Assembly (NCBI GenBank): GCA_963803435.1
Contig: CAWDML010000003.1
Span: 800,001 to 864,000 of the forward strand
Origin: an uncultured delta proteobacterium
GTDB lineage: Bacteria; Myxococcota; Kuafuiibacteriia; Kuafuiibacteriales; Kuafuiibacteriaceae
Length of the DNA: 64,000 bases
Direction of reading: 5' to 3'
Below the pieces are notes generated by a model. It was not told the DNA's origin, did not search any database, and was given only the letters and a program-made list of their open reading frames with translations. Position numbers and translations under genes: made by a program. Below, one piece after another: positions 12,322 to 22,702 of the stretch; positions within the stretch are counted from its first letter, which is position 1, and every line of letters begins with the position of its first letter.

Positions 12322-13269
12322 TCATCGCTGGTCGAGCAGCGACGAGACCCGCGCAATCATGGCGTCTCCGGCGAGCTCGCTCTCCAGGATCTTTCCGGTG
12401 CGCGCCTCGATGATGATGTAGGTCGGGAGCTCGACCACGCCGAAGCGCTCGTCGACGTCGCTCGAGAACGAGTCCTGGATGAACGGCCACGGGACGGCGT
12501 TCTCCTGCTTGAACCGGATCAGCTTCTCCTGGTCGTCGTCCATCGCGATCCCGACCACGCGCAGGCCGTCCTTCTCTCTACGCTTCACGAGCTCGAGCAG
12601 CTTCGGGATCGACTCGATGCACGGCTCGCACCAGGTGGCGAAGAAGTCGAGCACCACGATCCGTCCGCCGAGCTTCGCCATCACCCTTCGCTCGCGCTCC
12701 GAGAGCGGCGCGGGCCGCCCCAGAGCCTTGGCGCGATGGATCAGCTTGCGGCAACGTTCGGCGAGCGGCGACTTCGGGTTGTTCTCCAGGAGGAGGCCGG
12801 CCCAATGGGCCGCGGCCTCGAGCTGGTGGCGGGCTTCCAGCTCGGCGATCGCCCAACCGTAGATCTCGCCGCTGTCGGGGTGGCGCGGGAAGCGCCTGAG
12901 GACCTCCGAGGCGCTCTTGCCTGGGTCGGGGGTGGGCTCGAACTTGAGGAGGAGCAGCGCCGCGTCGAACCGTGCGTCGTCGCTCCTGCCGTGCTGCGCG
13001 GCGAAGCGCAGGAGCTCGATCGCCTCCTTCCCCTGATCGGACTGGGGCGTCTTCAGGTTCTCGGCGACCAGCTGGACCGCCATCTCGTAGCGGATCCGAT
13101 CCGCGGCTTGATGCTCCGCGTGCTCCTTCAAGAAGCGGCGCGAGAGCGCGTAGAACGTGGGCAGGTCGTAGTCTTCGTGGGCCACCCGGATCTGGCCCAT
13201 GAGCGCGCTGGCCGTCTCGGCACGGGCGTACGGCGCGGCGAGGAGCAGGAGGACCAGCAGGCCTTTCAC
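12322..13269 (-). CDS. Exported TPR-like + TlpA-family thioredoxin protein
   Basis: Signal peptide KGLLVLLLLAAPYARA; helical repeats; VLDFFATWCEPC; LPTY. Confidence 0.8.
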   Translation of the reverse strand: MKGLLVLLLLAAPYARAETASALMGQIRVAHEDYDLPTFYALSRRFLKEHAEHQAADRIRYEMAVQLVAENLKTPQSDQGKEAIELLRFAAQHGRSDDARFDAALLLLKFEPTPDPGKSASEVLRRFPRHPDSGEIYGWAIAELEARHQLEAAAHWAGLLLENNPKSPLAERCRKLIHRAKALGRPAPLSERERRVMAKLGGRIVVLDFFATWCEPCIESIPKLLELVKRREKDGLRVVGIAMDDDQEKLIRFKQENAVPWPFIQDSFSSDVDERFGVVELPTYIIIEARTGKILESELAGDAMIARVSSLLDQR

Positions 13270-13412
13270 GATCGAGGGTGAGCATTCCATCGCGCGCCGC
13301 GGGCGTCCAGCGCGCCTGGACGATCGCGCATGAGATGGCGACGCAAAATCATTGTTGATCCTTCCCCCGTTCCGATAGTGGACCGAACACCAAGCCAAAC
13401 AAGGAGGCACGG

Positions 13413-14054
13413 ATGAAGATCGGCGTACTCGGGAGCGGTGACGTGGGGCGAGCGCTCGGCAAGGCGTTCGTGACGTTGGGCCACGACGTGAAGATGGGCG
13501 CACGCAGCGCCACCAACGAGAAGGCGCTCGCCTGGGCGGAGCAGAACGGACGGAAGGCGTCGGTAGGGACGTTCGAAGAGGCCGCGAAGTTCGGAGAGGT
13601 CATCGTGCTGGCGACGCTGGGCGTGGCGAACAAGAGCGCGCTCGAGATGGCGGGCGTCGACAACTTCGACGGCAAGCTCCTGATCGACACCACGAACCCG
13701 CTCGACCACAGCAGCGGCGCGCCCAAGCTGGCGATCTCGGGGAATGACTCGGGTGGCGAGCAGGTTCAGCGGTTGCTGCCCAAGGCGCACGTGGTGAAGG
13801 CGTTCAACACTGTCGGCAATCCGCATATGTTCCGGCCGTCGTTCGCAGGCGGTCCGCCCGACATGTTCATCTGCGGGAACGACACCGAGGCGAAGAAGCA
13901 GGTGGGGGCGATCCTGCAGGACTTCGGCTGGGGTGTCGCCGACGTGGGCGGCATCGAGTCGTCGCGCTACCTCGAGGGGATGTGCATCGTCTGGGTGCTC
14001 TACGGCGTCCTGGGTGGCGGCTGGAACCATGCCTTCAAGCTGCTGAAGAAGTGA
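13413..14054 (+). CDS. NADPH-dependent F420 reductase / NADP oxidoreductase family
   Basis: MKIGVLGSGDVG Rossmann motif, LIDTTNP, VVKAFNTV, ICGND; aggagg RBS upstream. Confidence 0.9.
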   Translation: MKIGVLGSGDVGRALGKAFVTLGHDVKMGARSATNEKALAWAEQNGRKASVGTFEEAAKFGEVIVLATLGVANKSALEMAGVDNFDGKLLIDTTNPLDHSSGAPKLAISGNDSGGEQVQRLLPKAHVVKAFNTVGNPHMFRPSFAGGPPDMFICGNDTEAKKQVGAILQDFGWGVADVGGIESSRYLEGMCIVWVLYGVLGGGWNHAFKLLKK

Positions 14055-14064
14055 GGAGATCAAA

Positions 14065-14952
14065 ATGATCACTGTGATGGGAGCGAGCGGACATACGGGG
14101 AAGCGGGTCGCGGAGCACCTGCTCGAGGCGGGCCGGAAGGTCCGCGTGATCGGCCGGTCGAAGGACAAGCTCCTCGACCTGGAGAAGAAGGGCGCCGAGG
14201 TGATGATCGGCGATGCCGGTGACGCCTCGTTCCTGACGCGGGCGTTCCGCGACGCGGACGGGGTCTACACGCTGCTGCCGCCCGACACGCAGTCGGAGGA
14301 CTTCGCCAAGAAGCAGGACCGGACGGGCGAGGCGATCGTGGCTGCGCTCCGCGAGAATCGGGTCGCGCGCGTGGTCTTCCTCAGCAGCGTGGGCGCGGAT
14401 CGACCCGACGGGACGGGGCCGATCGCCGGGCTGCACCGGCAGGAGCAGCGGCTGAGGAAGCTCGAGAACACCGACGTGTTACTGCTTCGGCCCGGATCGT
14501 TCTTCGAGAACATGTATGGGACCCTGGGGTTGATCAAACACCAGGGGATCAACGGCGGGTCGATCGTCGGCGATCGCCCGATCCCGATGATCGCGACCCG
14601 CGACATCGCCGACGCGGCCGCGAAGGCGCTGGAGTCGAAGGACTGGACCGGGGTGGTGGTGCGCGAGCTGCTGGGACCGCGGGACATCTCGTACGCCGAG
14701 GCCACGCGGATCCTGGGCGCGAAGATCGGGAAGCCGGACCTGGCCTACGTCCAGCTCCCGTACGAGGACTTCGCGAAGGGTCTGACGCAGGCCGGCTTCC
14801 ACCCCAAGATGGCGGCCCTGTACGCGGAGATGACCAGAGGATTCAACGAAGGAAAGATCAAGCCCATCGAGGGCCGCAACCCCAAGACCACCACGCCGAC
14901 CCGCTTCGAGGACTTCGCCGAGGAGCTGGCGCGGGCGTACCAGGCGATGTGA
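14065..14952 (+). CDS. NmrA-family NAD(P)H-binding protein
   Basis: ITVMGASGHTG, VFLSSVGA, LLRPGSFFEN, IATRDIA. Confidence 0.9.
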   Translation: MITVMGASGHTGKRVAEHLLEAGRKVRVIGRSKDKLLDLEKKGAEVMIGDAGDASFLTRAFRDADGVYTLLPPDTQSEDFAKKQDRTGEAIVAALRENRVARVVFLSSVGADRPDGTGPIAGLHRQEQRLRKLENTDVLLLRPGSFFENMYGTLGLIKHQGINGGSIVGDRPIPMIATRDIADAAAKALESKDWTGVVVRELLGPRDISYAEATRILGAKIGKPDLAYVQLPYEDFAKGLTQAGFHPKMAALYAEMTRGFNEGKIKPIEGRNPKTTTPTRFEDFAEELARAYQAM

Positions 14953-15722
14953 AGACCGCGCTGGTCACGGGTGGGAATCGAGGTCTCGGCGAGGAGACCT
15001 GCCGCCAGCTCGCGCACCGTGGCTTCCGGGTGCTCCTGTCCTCTCGGGACGAGCGCCAGGGCGCCGCGGCGCGCGGGCGGCTGAGCGGGCTCGACGTCGA
15101 GGCCTGCGTTCTCGACGTCACGGATGGCGCCGGGATCGGACGTCTCGCGGATCGGATCAAGGCCGAAGGGATCCGGCTCGACCTGCTCATCAACAACGCG
15201 GGGATCGCGCTCGACGGCTTCAACGCCGACGTGGTGAGGCGGACGCTGGAGGTCAACTTCTTTGGTGCGCTCGACGTGACCGAGGGGATGCGGCCGTTGA
15301 TGGGGCGGGGCTCCCAGGTGGTGATGGTGTCGAGCGGGCTCGGCGAGCTGGCCGGGCTCGACGCGACCCTCCGGGATCGATTCACCGATCCAGCGCTGAC
15401 CGTGCCGGCGCTCGTCGAGCTCGTGCGCGCGTTCTCGCGCGACGTGGAGGCGGGACGCCATCGCGCGTCCGGCTGGCCCTCGTCGGCGTATCGCGTGTCG
15501 AAGATCGGTCTCAACGCGCTGGCGCGGGTCCTGGCCCGGGCCTGGGCATCGGAGGGAATCCGCGTCAACGCGGTCTGCCCGGGCTGGGTACGGACCGACA
15601 TGGGCGGATCCGGAGCCCCGCGGTCCGTCCCGGAGGGGGCGGCGTCGATCGTGGCGATGGCCGATCTCGAGGGCGCGCCCACGGGCGGCTTCTTCCGGGA
15701 CGGGCACGCGATCGATTGGTGA
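14949..15722 (+). CDS. SDR-family oxidoreductase (carbonyl reductase-like)
   Basis: TGGNRGLG, NNAG, YRVSK (YxxxK), VCPGWVRTDMGG. Confidence 0.9.
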   Translation: MKTALVTGGNRGLGEETCRQLAHRGFRVLLSSRDERQGAAARGRLSGLDVEACVLDVTDGAGIGRLADRIKAEGIRLDLLINNAGIALDGFNADVVRRTLEVNFFGALDVTEGMRPLMGRGSQVVMVSSGLGELAGLDATLRDRFTDPALTVPALVELVRAFSRDVEAGRHRASGWPSSAYRVSKIGLNALARVLARAWASEGIRVNAVCPGWVRTDMGGSGAPRSVPEGAASIVAMADLEGAPTGGFFRDGHAIDW

Positions 15723-15732
15723 GCCGCGTCGG

Positions 15733-17922
15733 TTGACCGAAGACCCGTGCGCTCCTAGCGTGCCCAGCTCAGTGCTGGATCTCGAAGGGCTCAATCGAGA
15801 GCAGCTCGAAGCCGTGTTGACCACCGAAGGGCCGCTCTTGGTCCTGGCCGGCGCTGGATCGGGCAAGACCCGTGTGATCACGTACCGGCTGGCGCACCTG
15901 ATCGACCGCGGCGTGCAGCCCCGGCAGATCCTGTGCGTCACCTTCACCAACAAGGCCGCCTTCGAGATGAAGGATCGCGCGAGGAAGCTCGTCGGAAAGA
16001 GCGTGCGCGGCGCGGCCATCAGCACGTTTCACGCGCTCGGCGTGCGGATCCTCCGGAAGTACGTGGGCGCCGTTGGCCTGCGGAAGGGGTTCACCATCTG
16101 CGACGCCGCTGAACAGCTGGGGAGCGTGCGGCGGATCCTGCGGGCGCTCCGGATCGACGATCGTCGGTTCGACGCCAAGCGCCTGCTGGTCGCGATCTCG
16201 CACGCGAAGAACGCGGGCGTCGACGCCGCCGCGTATCGGGAGCTGGACCGGATGCCCTCGGATCCGCTCCCGGAGGACGACGATGACTACCGTATCGCCG
16301 CGATCGAGGTCTACGACCGCTACGAGTCGGCGCTGCGGACGCAGAACCTGGTCGACTTCGACGACCTCCTGCTCCTCACCGTGAAGCTGCTCCGCGAGCA
16401 CGAGGCCGTGCTCGCCTCCCTGCGGGCGCGCTGGCGCTACCTGATGATCGACGAGTACCAGGACACCAACGGCGCCCAGTTCGAGCTGATGAGGATGCTC
16501 GCCGGCGAGGAGCGCAACCTCTGTGTCGTGGGCGACGACGACCAATCGATCTACGGCTGGCGCGGCGCCGACGTGCAGAACATCCTTCGCTTCTCCCAGA
16601 ACTTCCCGGGCGCGAAGGTGGTGAAGCTCGAGACCAACTATCGATCGACCGGCTGCATCCTCGAGACCGCGAATGCCGTGATCTCCAAGAACCGCGACCG
16701 GTATGAGAAGCGGCTCCGGCCGGCGGCGGGGATCGGCGACCGCGTGCGCATCGTGGCGGTGGAGGATGAGGACAAGGAGGCGGATCAGGTGGCGGCCTCC
16801 GTCCTCGCGCTGACGGCGGGCAGCGTCGAGCCGAAGGAGGTCGCGGTGCTGTTTCGCTCGAACGTGCAGTCACGACCGCTGGAGATGGCCTTTCGGGCGG
16901 CCCACGTCCCCTATCGTGTGGTCGGTGGGACCGAGCTGTTCGACAAGAAGGAGATCAAGGACCTCCTCTCGTACCTGCGGCTGCTGACCAACCCGGAGGA
17001 CGAGCAGTCGCTCCGCCGGATCGTGAACTTCCCGCCCCGCGGGATCGGCGACCGAACGCTGGAGAAGGTCGACGCCTGGGCCCGCGAAAGCGGTCTCACG
17101 TTGATGCAGGGCCTCGAGCGTGCCGACGAGGTGCCGGACTTGGCAGGGAAGACCGCGGACGCGATCGCGGGCGTCGTCGCAGTGCTGGCCGATCATCGCA
17201 AGATGCTGAAGCGATGCAAGCCGAGCACGATCGCGAAGCGGTTGGTCGAGGCGATCAAGCTGGAGGAGACGCTGTTCGAGTCGTCGGATAACCCGCTGAG
17301 CGCCGACCGCCGCGTCGACAACGTCCGCGAGATCGTGCGGCAGCTCGAGCGCTACGAGCACCGGGTCAAGTCCAAGCTCGAGCGTGCCGAGGTGGAGGGG
17401 GGCGCCGAGCCGCCGCCCGAGGACGACCTCCTCGACGACGACGATCTGGAGCTCCTCGAAGGGGCCACACTCGAGGGCTTCCTGCGCGACCTGGCGCTCT
17501 CGGGCATCGAGGATGGCACCACCAAGGAGGAGCGACAGGACCAGGTGGTCCTGTCGACGATCCATGCGGCCAAAGGGTTGGAGTGGCGGCACGTCTTCCT
17601 CGTGGGTGCGGAGGAGGAGCTCTTGCCGCACAAGCGGACCGTCGACGGGGACGGCGACGTCTCGGAGGAGCGCCGACTGACGTACGTGGCCGTGACGCGC
17701 GCCCGCGAGCAGCTGACCATCAGCTGGGCCGAGAACCGGACCAAGTGGGGGAAGATCGTGCCGCGGCAGCGATCGCGGTTCCTTGAGGATCTGCCGCCCG
17801 ACCATGTGGAGATCACCGAGAGCATGAAGAAGCCGAAGACCGAGGAGGAGCTCCGCACCCTCGAGATGGAGTGGCGGAACAAGATCAGGGCGCAGCTGGC
17901 GCAGCGGGGGCCCTCCGCGTGA
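15733..17922 (+). CDS. UvrD/Rep/PcrA-family SF1 DNA helicase (Rep-like, no C-terminal Tudor region apparent)
   Basis: LAGAGSGKT, IDEYQDTN, VGDDDQSIYGWRGA, STIHAAKGLEW, EERRLTYVAVTRA. Confidence 0.93.
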   Translation: MTEDPCAPSVPSSVLDLEGLNREQLEAVLTTEGPLLVLAGAGSGKTRVITYRLAHLIDRGVQPRQILCVTFTNKAAFEMKDRARKLVGKSVRGAAISTFHALGVRILRKYVGAVGLRKGFTICDAAEQLGSVRRILRALRIDDRRFDAKRLLVAISHAKNAGVDAAAYRELDRMPSDPLPEDDDDYRIAAIEVYDRYESALRTQNLVDFDDLLLLTVKLLREHEAVLASLRARWRYLMIDEYQDTNGAQFELMRMLAGEERNLCVVGDDDQSIYGWRGADVQNILRFSQNFPGAKVVKLETNYRSTGCILETANAVISKNRDRYEKRLRPAAGIGDRVRIVAVEDEDKEADQVAASVLALTAGSVEPKEVAVLFRSNVQSRPLEMAFRAAHVPYRVVGGTELFDKKEIKDLLSYLRLLTNPEDEQSLRRIVNFPPRGIGDRTLEKVDAWARESGLTLMQGLERADEVPDLAGKTADAIAGVVAVLADHRKMLKRCKPSTIAKRLVEAIKLEETLFESSDNPLSADRRVDNVREIVRQLERYEHRVKSKLERAEVEGGAEPPPEDDLLDDDDLELLEGATLEGFLRDLALSGIEDGTTKEERQDQVVLSTIHAAKGLEWRHVFLVGAEEELLPHKRTVDGDGDVSEERRLTYVAVTRAREQLTISWAENRTKWGKIVPRQRSRFLEDLPPDHVEITESMKKPKTEEELRTLEMEWRNKIRAQLAQRGPSA

Positions 17923-18878
17923 CACCCTGGTTTGCGATCCTGCTGCTCACGGCTGCCCCGTCGCCCGGACCCGCCGGCGGGATCGCGGTCGGCTACGTCG
18001 ACATCAAGCAGGCGATCCTGAATACCGTCGACGGCCAGCGCATCAAGACCAAGCTCGAGGCCGAGAACCTCCGTGTCAGCGGCGAAATCCGGAAGAAGGA
18101 GGAGCAGCTGATGCGGGAGCGCTCCGTGCTCGAGCCGAAGCAGTACGACGAGAAGGCGCAGAAGATCCAGGAGGAGATCGCCAAGCGGCAGGAGGCGCTC
18201 GAGAAGAAGCAGGACGATCTGCTCGAGCCGCTGATAAGGAAGATGGAGACGATCCTCCAGCAGCACAACAAGACGAAGATGCCGCCCAAGATCGTGGATC
18301 TCTCCGAGCAGCCGCTGGTCGATCCGCCCAAGGAGTGCGATCTGACGACGTGGCTGACGCGCGCCTACGCTGACGAGAAAGTGGCGCCGCCCGAGACCTC
18401 CGGCGACTGTATGTTCCGCGCGTTCCTCTACGTCGACTTCGATCGGACCCTCGCGCTGAGCGCGGCGGGCAAGGCCGCCACCCAGCGCCTCGATGCGTTC
18501 AAGGAGAAGGGACAGGCGGAGATCGATCGGCGGCAGCGCCAGCTCGCCGAGATCCAGCGCTCCGCCAAGTCGGGACGGCCCGAGACCAAGGCAGAGTACG
18601 AGCGCGAGCGCCGGGAGCTGGCGCAGCTGTTCGCGAAGTATCAGAAGGAGCTGGAGCAGAAGGAGATCGACACGGAGGGGCAGCTCTACGAGCGGCTGGA
18701 GAAGAACCTGGCCTCCACCGCGAAGCAGCTGCGGCAGGTCCTGTTCGTGGAGGCGCTCGAGGATCAGACGACGCGCCTCGAGCCGAGCTGCGATGCCACC
18801 GATTGGGCCGCCAAGGTGATCGACGGCAAGGGCACCGCCGGCGAGCTCGCGCGCCTCTGTCCGCTCGCCAAGAAGTAG
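17919..18878 (+). CDS. Tandem two-domain OmpH/Skp-like periplasmic chaperone
   Basis: Signal peptide; two units starting GYVDIKQAI and LYVDFDRTL, each followed by a coiled coil and a CD[LA]TxW end. Confidence 0.7.
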   Translation: MTPWFAILLLTAAPSPGPAGGIAVGYVDIKQAILNTVDGQRIKTKLEAENLRVSGEIRKKEEQLMRERSVLEPKQYDEKAQKIQEEIAKRQEALEKKQDDLLEPLIRKMETILQQHNKTKMPPKIVDLSEQPLVDPPKECDLTTWLTRAYADEKVAPPETSGDCMFRAFLYVDFDRTLALSAAGKAATQRLDAFKEKGQAEIDRRQRQLAEIQRSAKSGRPETKAEYERERRELAQLFAKYQKELEQKEIDTEGQLYERLEKNLASTAKQLRQVLFVEALEDQTTRLEPSCDATDWAAKVIDGKGTAGELARLCPLAKK

Positions 18879-18919
18879 CGCGCTCGCAGCACGGTCGGCC
18901 GGCGTGCTACGACCGTCGG

Positions 18920-20535
18920 GTGACCGCACCGCGGTACTGGAGCAAGCAAGGCCCCGAGGGACCCTGGGACTATCTGGTGATCGGCTCGGGGATGGGCGGC
19001 ATGACCACGGCCGCCCTGCTGGCGAAGCTCGGCAAGCGGGTGCTGGTGCTCGAGCAGCACTACGTGCCCGGAGGCTTCACACACATGTTCCGGCGCCGGG
19101 GATATGTCTGGGACGTTGGAGTGCACGCGGTCGGCGAGGTCACCGAGCACAGCGATGACCGGCCGTCTGCTGTCGCTGCTCACCGGCGGGACGCTCCAGT
19201 GGGCCTCGCTGGGGCGCGTCTACGACGAGTTCTACTTCCCGGACGGCTTCACGCATCGGCTTCCCGGACAGCCCCGAGAGGTTCCGGGAGGAGCTGGTGG
19301 AGCGCTTCCCGGCGGAGGCGAGCGGGATCGACCGCTATCTCGACGAGATCCGCGAGGTCGCGACGCGATGAAGTGCGTACTACCTGGCGCGGGCGGTGCC
19401 CCGGCGCTTCGGATCGCTGCTCGATCATACGATCGCGCGCCGGGCCCAGCGGTATCTCGACCTTCCCACCAGCGAGGTGATCGCTCGCTTCACGGCCGAC
19501 CCCCGACTCCAGGCCGTGTTGACCGCGCAGTGGGGCTACTACGGCTCGCTCCCCAGCCGCGCCTCGTTCGCGATGCACGCGCTGGTCGTGAAGCACTTCC
19601 TCCACGGCGGCTACTATCCGATCGGTGGTGCCAAGGAGATCGCGCGCGGACTCTCTGAGGACGGTCGCGGACGCGGGCGGCTGGACGCGCGTGCGCGCAG
19701 ACGTGGAGGAGATCCTGGTCGAGGGGGACCGCGCCGTGGGCGTGCGGCTCCAGGGCGGCGAGGAGATCCGGGCCGGGCGAATCGTGAGCGCCTGCGGGAT
19801 CCAGTCCACCGTGATGCGTCTGCTCCCACAGCGCTTCCGGAGCGAGCAGTGGGTCCGCGACGTCGAGACGCTCGATCCCGCGCCCGCACACGTCTGCGTC
19901 TATCTCGGGTTCAACGGCGACATCCGGAAGGCCGGCGCCGGCTCGGCCAACAAGTGGTTCTACGAGACCTGGGTCTCCGAGAAGGACATCTGGAGCATCG
20001 TACGATCCAGACGCCGACGCGCCGGTGCTCTACACCAGCTTCCCCTCGCTGAAGGATCCCGAGCACCAGCCTGGACCCGAGCTCCGCCACACCGGTGAGG
20101 TCGTCACGTTCGTTCCATGGAGCATGTTCGGCGAGTGGCGGAACACCGACTGGAAGCGCCGCCCCGAGCAGTACGACGACCTCAAGCGCCGCATACAGGA
20201 GAAGCTGCTGCGCCAGTTCTTCCGGCACATGCCGGCGCTGGAGCCGATGCTCGACTATGCCGAGCTCTCGACGCCCGTGACCACCCGCCACTTCGTCCGG
20301 CCGGTGATCGGGTTCGATCTACGGCCTCGAGCCGACGCCGCGGCGCTTCCGTACCCAGTGGCTCCGGCCCCGCGCGCCGATCGAGAACCTCTTCTTCTCC
20401 GGGTCGGAGGTCACCACCGTCGGGGTCATGGGTGCGATGATGGGCGGTGTGCTGGCCGCCGGTTCGGCGGAGCCGATGGGTTTGTTCAACCTGATGAAAC
20501 AGGTGCACGCGCGACCCACACGCCCGCGGCGCTGA
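18920..20535 (+). CDS. Phytoene desaturase / retinol saturase-like FAD oxidoreductase (multiple frameshifts)
   Basis: DYLVIGSGMGG, LEQHYVPGG, WDVGVHAVG, AQWGYYG, YYPIGG, ELSTP, YGLEPTP, GVMGAMMGG spread over several frames. Confidence 0.8.
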
Positions 20536-20589
20536 CCCTCCGATCCCAGCGACGGCATCGACGACTCCGTCTCCCTGCGATCCGGGTGA

Positions 20590-20964
20590 GTGTCCCACGT
20601 CGATGCCCGGGCGGATCGGCAACGGGTACTTCTTCGACGGCTTCGACGATCGACTCCACATCCACTACGACAGCCGCCTCGACACCACGCACGGTTTCAC
20701 CATCGCCATGTGTTCTCACTCGAGCAGCCGCGTGTCGGTCAGGCCACCACGAGAACGCCTTCATCATCATGCAGAGATCTACTGCAGCGGGCGCGAGGAC
20801 CACCTCTACTACGATATTCTTCATCGACGGTCAGGTCGCCGCCAACCAGGGACGACGCTAGGAAGCGCTCGCCGTATCTGGGCGTGATCGACGACCTTCG
20901 GATCGACGAGCGGGCCCTCGAGCCCTCCGAGATCCTGCATCTGCCCGGGTTCCCGGCCGACTGA
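20590..20964 (+). pseudogene. LamG/concanavalin-like domain remnant
   Basis: Fragments GRIGNGYFFDGFDD, FIDGQ, YLGVIDDLRIDERALEPSEI in different frames; no signal peptide or clear start. Confidence 0.5.
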
Positions 20965-20968
20965 GGAT

Positions 20969-22345
20969 TCACGCGTCCTCGTCGCTCCACCGCTCGAGGA
21001 GCTCGACGCGCACCAGCTTGCCGTTCGCGTTGCGCGGCAGCCGATGGAGCGCGCGAAAGCGCCGCGGCACCTTGAAGCCCGCCAGGTGTCGCGCGCAGTG
21101 GGACTCGAGATCGAGCCGTTCCAGCGAGGCGTTCGGTGCCAGCACGACCCACGCGGCCGGCGTCTCGTCGCTTTCCGCAGCGAGCCCCTGCGAGCGGAGT
21201 CGGAGCGGGACGCCGATCACCGCCGCGTCCAGCACTGCGGGGTGGAGGAGAAGGACCTCCTCGATCTCCTGGGGATAGATCTTCTCGCCACCCCGGATGA
21301 TCAGATCCTTCTTGCGACCGAGGAGGCGCACGTAGCCCTCCTCGATCGCGGCCAGGTCACCGGTGCGGAGCCAGCCGCCGGGAGCGATCGCGCGCTCGGA
21401 CGCGGCCCGATCGCCGAGGTATCCGCGCATCAGTGAAGGGCCGCGCACGAGGAGCTCGCCGTCCGGCTCGAGGTGGAGGTCGACGCCGTCGAGCGGGGGG
21501 CCGACGGTGCCTGGACGGTTGTCGTCGGGCGGGTTGCCGGTGACGACGGGGCCGGCCTCGGTGAGCCCGTAGGTCTGGAGGAGGGGAGTCTGCAACCTCT
21601 CTTGCAACGCTTCGACGGTGGTACGCGCGAGTGGCGCGGCGCCGGACAGCAGCGCGCGGACACTCGCGAAGTCGTCTCGGTCGGGACGGGCGCGCGCGAG
21701 CCGGGCGTAGATGGGAGCGACCGCCAGGACCAACGTCGGCCGGAGCGTGCGGGCCCGCGACGCCAGCGCAGCGGGGGCGCAGGCATGGAGCTGGGCGCCC
21801 GCGAGCAGGGTGGCGAGAACGCCAATCGTGAGGCCGAAGGAGTGGGAGAGCGAGAGCGTGGAGAGCACGACGTCGTCCGGAGCGGTCCGATAGCGCCGGT
21901 TCCAGGCCTCGGCATTGGTGATCAGGGCCGTCTCGTCCAGGAGCGCGCCCTTGGGCTGTGCCGTCGACCCGGAGGTGTAGAGGAGGAGAGCGCCCGGCCT
22001 GGGCGTGAGCGGGGTGCGGGGAGGCGGCGCCGCGGTGGGCCCGATCAGCGGACATGGAGGCGAGAGCCGCGGGTCGGGCGCGTCGTCGAAGAGGAGCTCG
22101 ACGTCCGCGTGGCGGAGAAGGCGGGCGAGCTCCTCTGGATGGAGGCGGCGATCGATCGGGAGCACGGTGGCGCCACCGGTGAGGGCGCCGAGGAGCGTGG
22201 AAGTGAGGTGGGCGAGGTCCTCGGAGCGGATCGCGACGCGCGTGGCGCCTCGCAATCGGAGCTCCGCCGCCACGGCCAGCGCGCGGCTCCTGGTCGGCTC
22301 GGGGAGCTGATCGAGGAGCTCGGAGATCCGCGTGCGGGCGTTCAC
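20969..22345 (-). CDS. Class I adenylate-forming enzyme (acyl-CoA/acyl-ACP ligase)
   Basis: YTSGSTAQPKG, TYGLTEAGP, WLRTGDL, GRKKDLIIRGGEKIYP, LPRNANGK. Confidence 0.9.
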   Translation of the reverse strand: MNARTRISELLDQLPEPTRSRALAVAAELRLRGATRVAIRSEDLAHLTSTLLGALTGGATVLPIDRRLHPEELARLLRHADVELLFDDAPDPRLSPPCPLIGPTAAPPPRTPLTPRPGALLLYTSGSTAQPKGALLDETALITNAEAWNRRYRTAPDDVVLSTLSLSHSFGLTIGVLATLLAGAQLHACAPAALASRARTLRPTLVLAVAPIYARLARARPDRDDFASVRALLSGAAPLARTTVEALQERLQTPLLQTYGLTEAGPVVTGNPPDDNRPGTVGPPLDGVDLHLEPDGELLVRGPSLMRGYLGDRAASERAIAPGGWLRTGDLAAIEEGYVRLLGRKKDLIIRGGEKIYPQEIEEVLLLHPAVLDAAVIGVPLRLRSQGLAAESDETPAAWVVLAPNASLERLDLESHCARHLAGFKVPRRFRALHRLPRNANGKLVRVELLERWSDEDA

Positions 22346-22390
22346 GATGCGTCGGCTCTTCTCGCGCTGCGTGGAAAACGGTCAACCCCC

Positions 22391-22702
22391 GTGATATCCG
22401 TCGAGGAGGTGGAGCGAGCCGAGCTGGAGGCCCAGATCGCGAGGCGCGAGGCCATCCTGGCCGGCCTCCGCACGATCTTGGTGGAGTCGCTGCACGTGTC
22501 TCTTCCGGGGCGCGCGATCGATCCCGACGTCATGCTCTTCGGAACGGGTCTGGCGCTCGACTCGATCGACGCGCTCGAGCTGGTCGTGGTGGCGGAGGAG
22601 GTGTTCGATGTCGAGCTACCCGATCACGACCTCGAGCGGGCGCTCCGCACGCTCAACACGCTGGCCGATCTGATCCTGGTCCGGCAGGGAGACGGCGCGT
22701 GA
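22391..22702 (+). CDS. Acyl carrier protein
   Basis: C-terminal part of track ORF 21473..22702; GLALDSIDALELVV phosphopantetheine motif; start GTG 22391 or 22409. Confidence 0.85.
   Translation: MISVEEVERAELEAQIARREAILAGLRTILVESLHVSLPGRAIDPDVMLFGTGLALDSIDALELVVVAEEVFDVELPDHDLERALRTLNTLADLILVRQGDGA

Noticed and set aside
13345-13362. ATCA-N4-TGAT palindrome upstream of the oxidoreductase operon
   Set aside because: Too short to distinguish from chance and no cognate regulator nearby
15733-17922. Helicase as part of an anti-phage system such as Gabija
   Set aside because: Looks like a housekeeping Rep/UvrD enzyme with no adjacent OLD/TOPRIM nuclease
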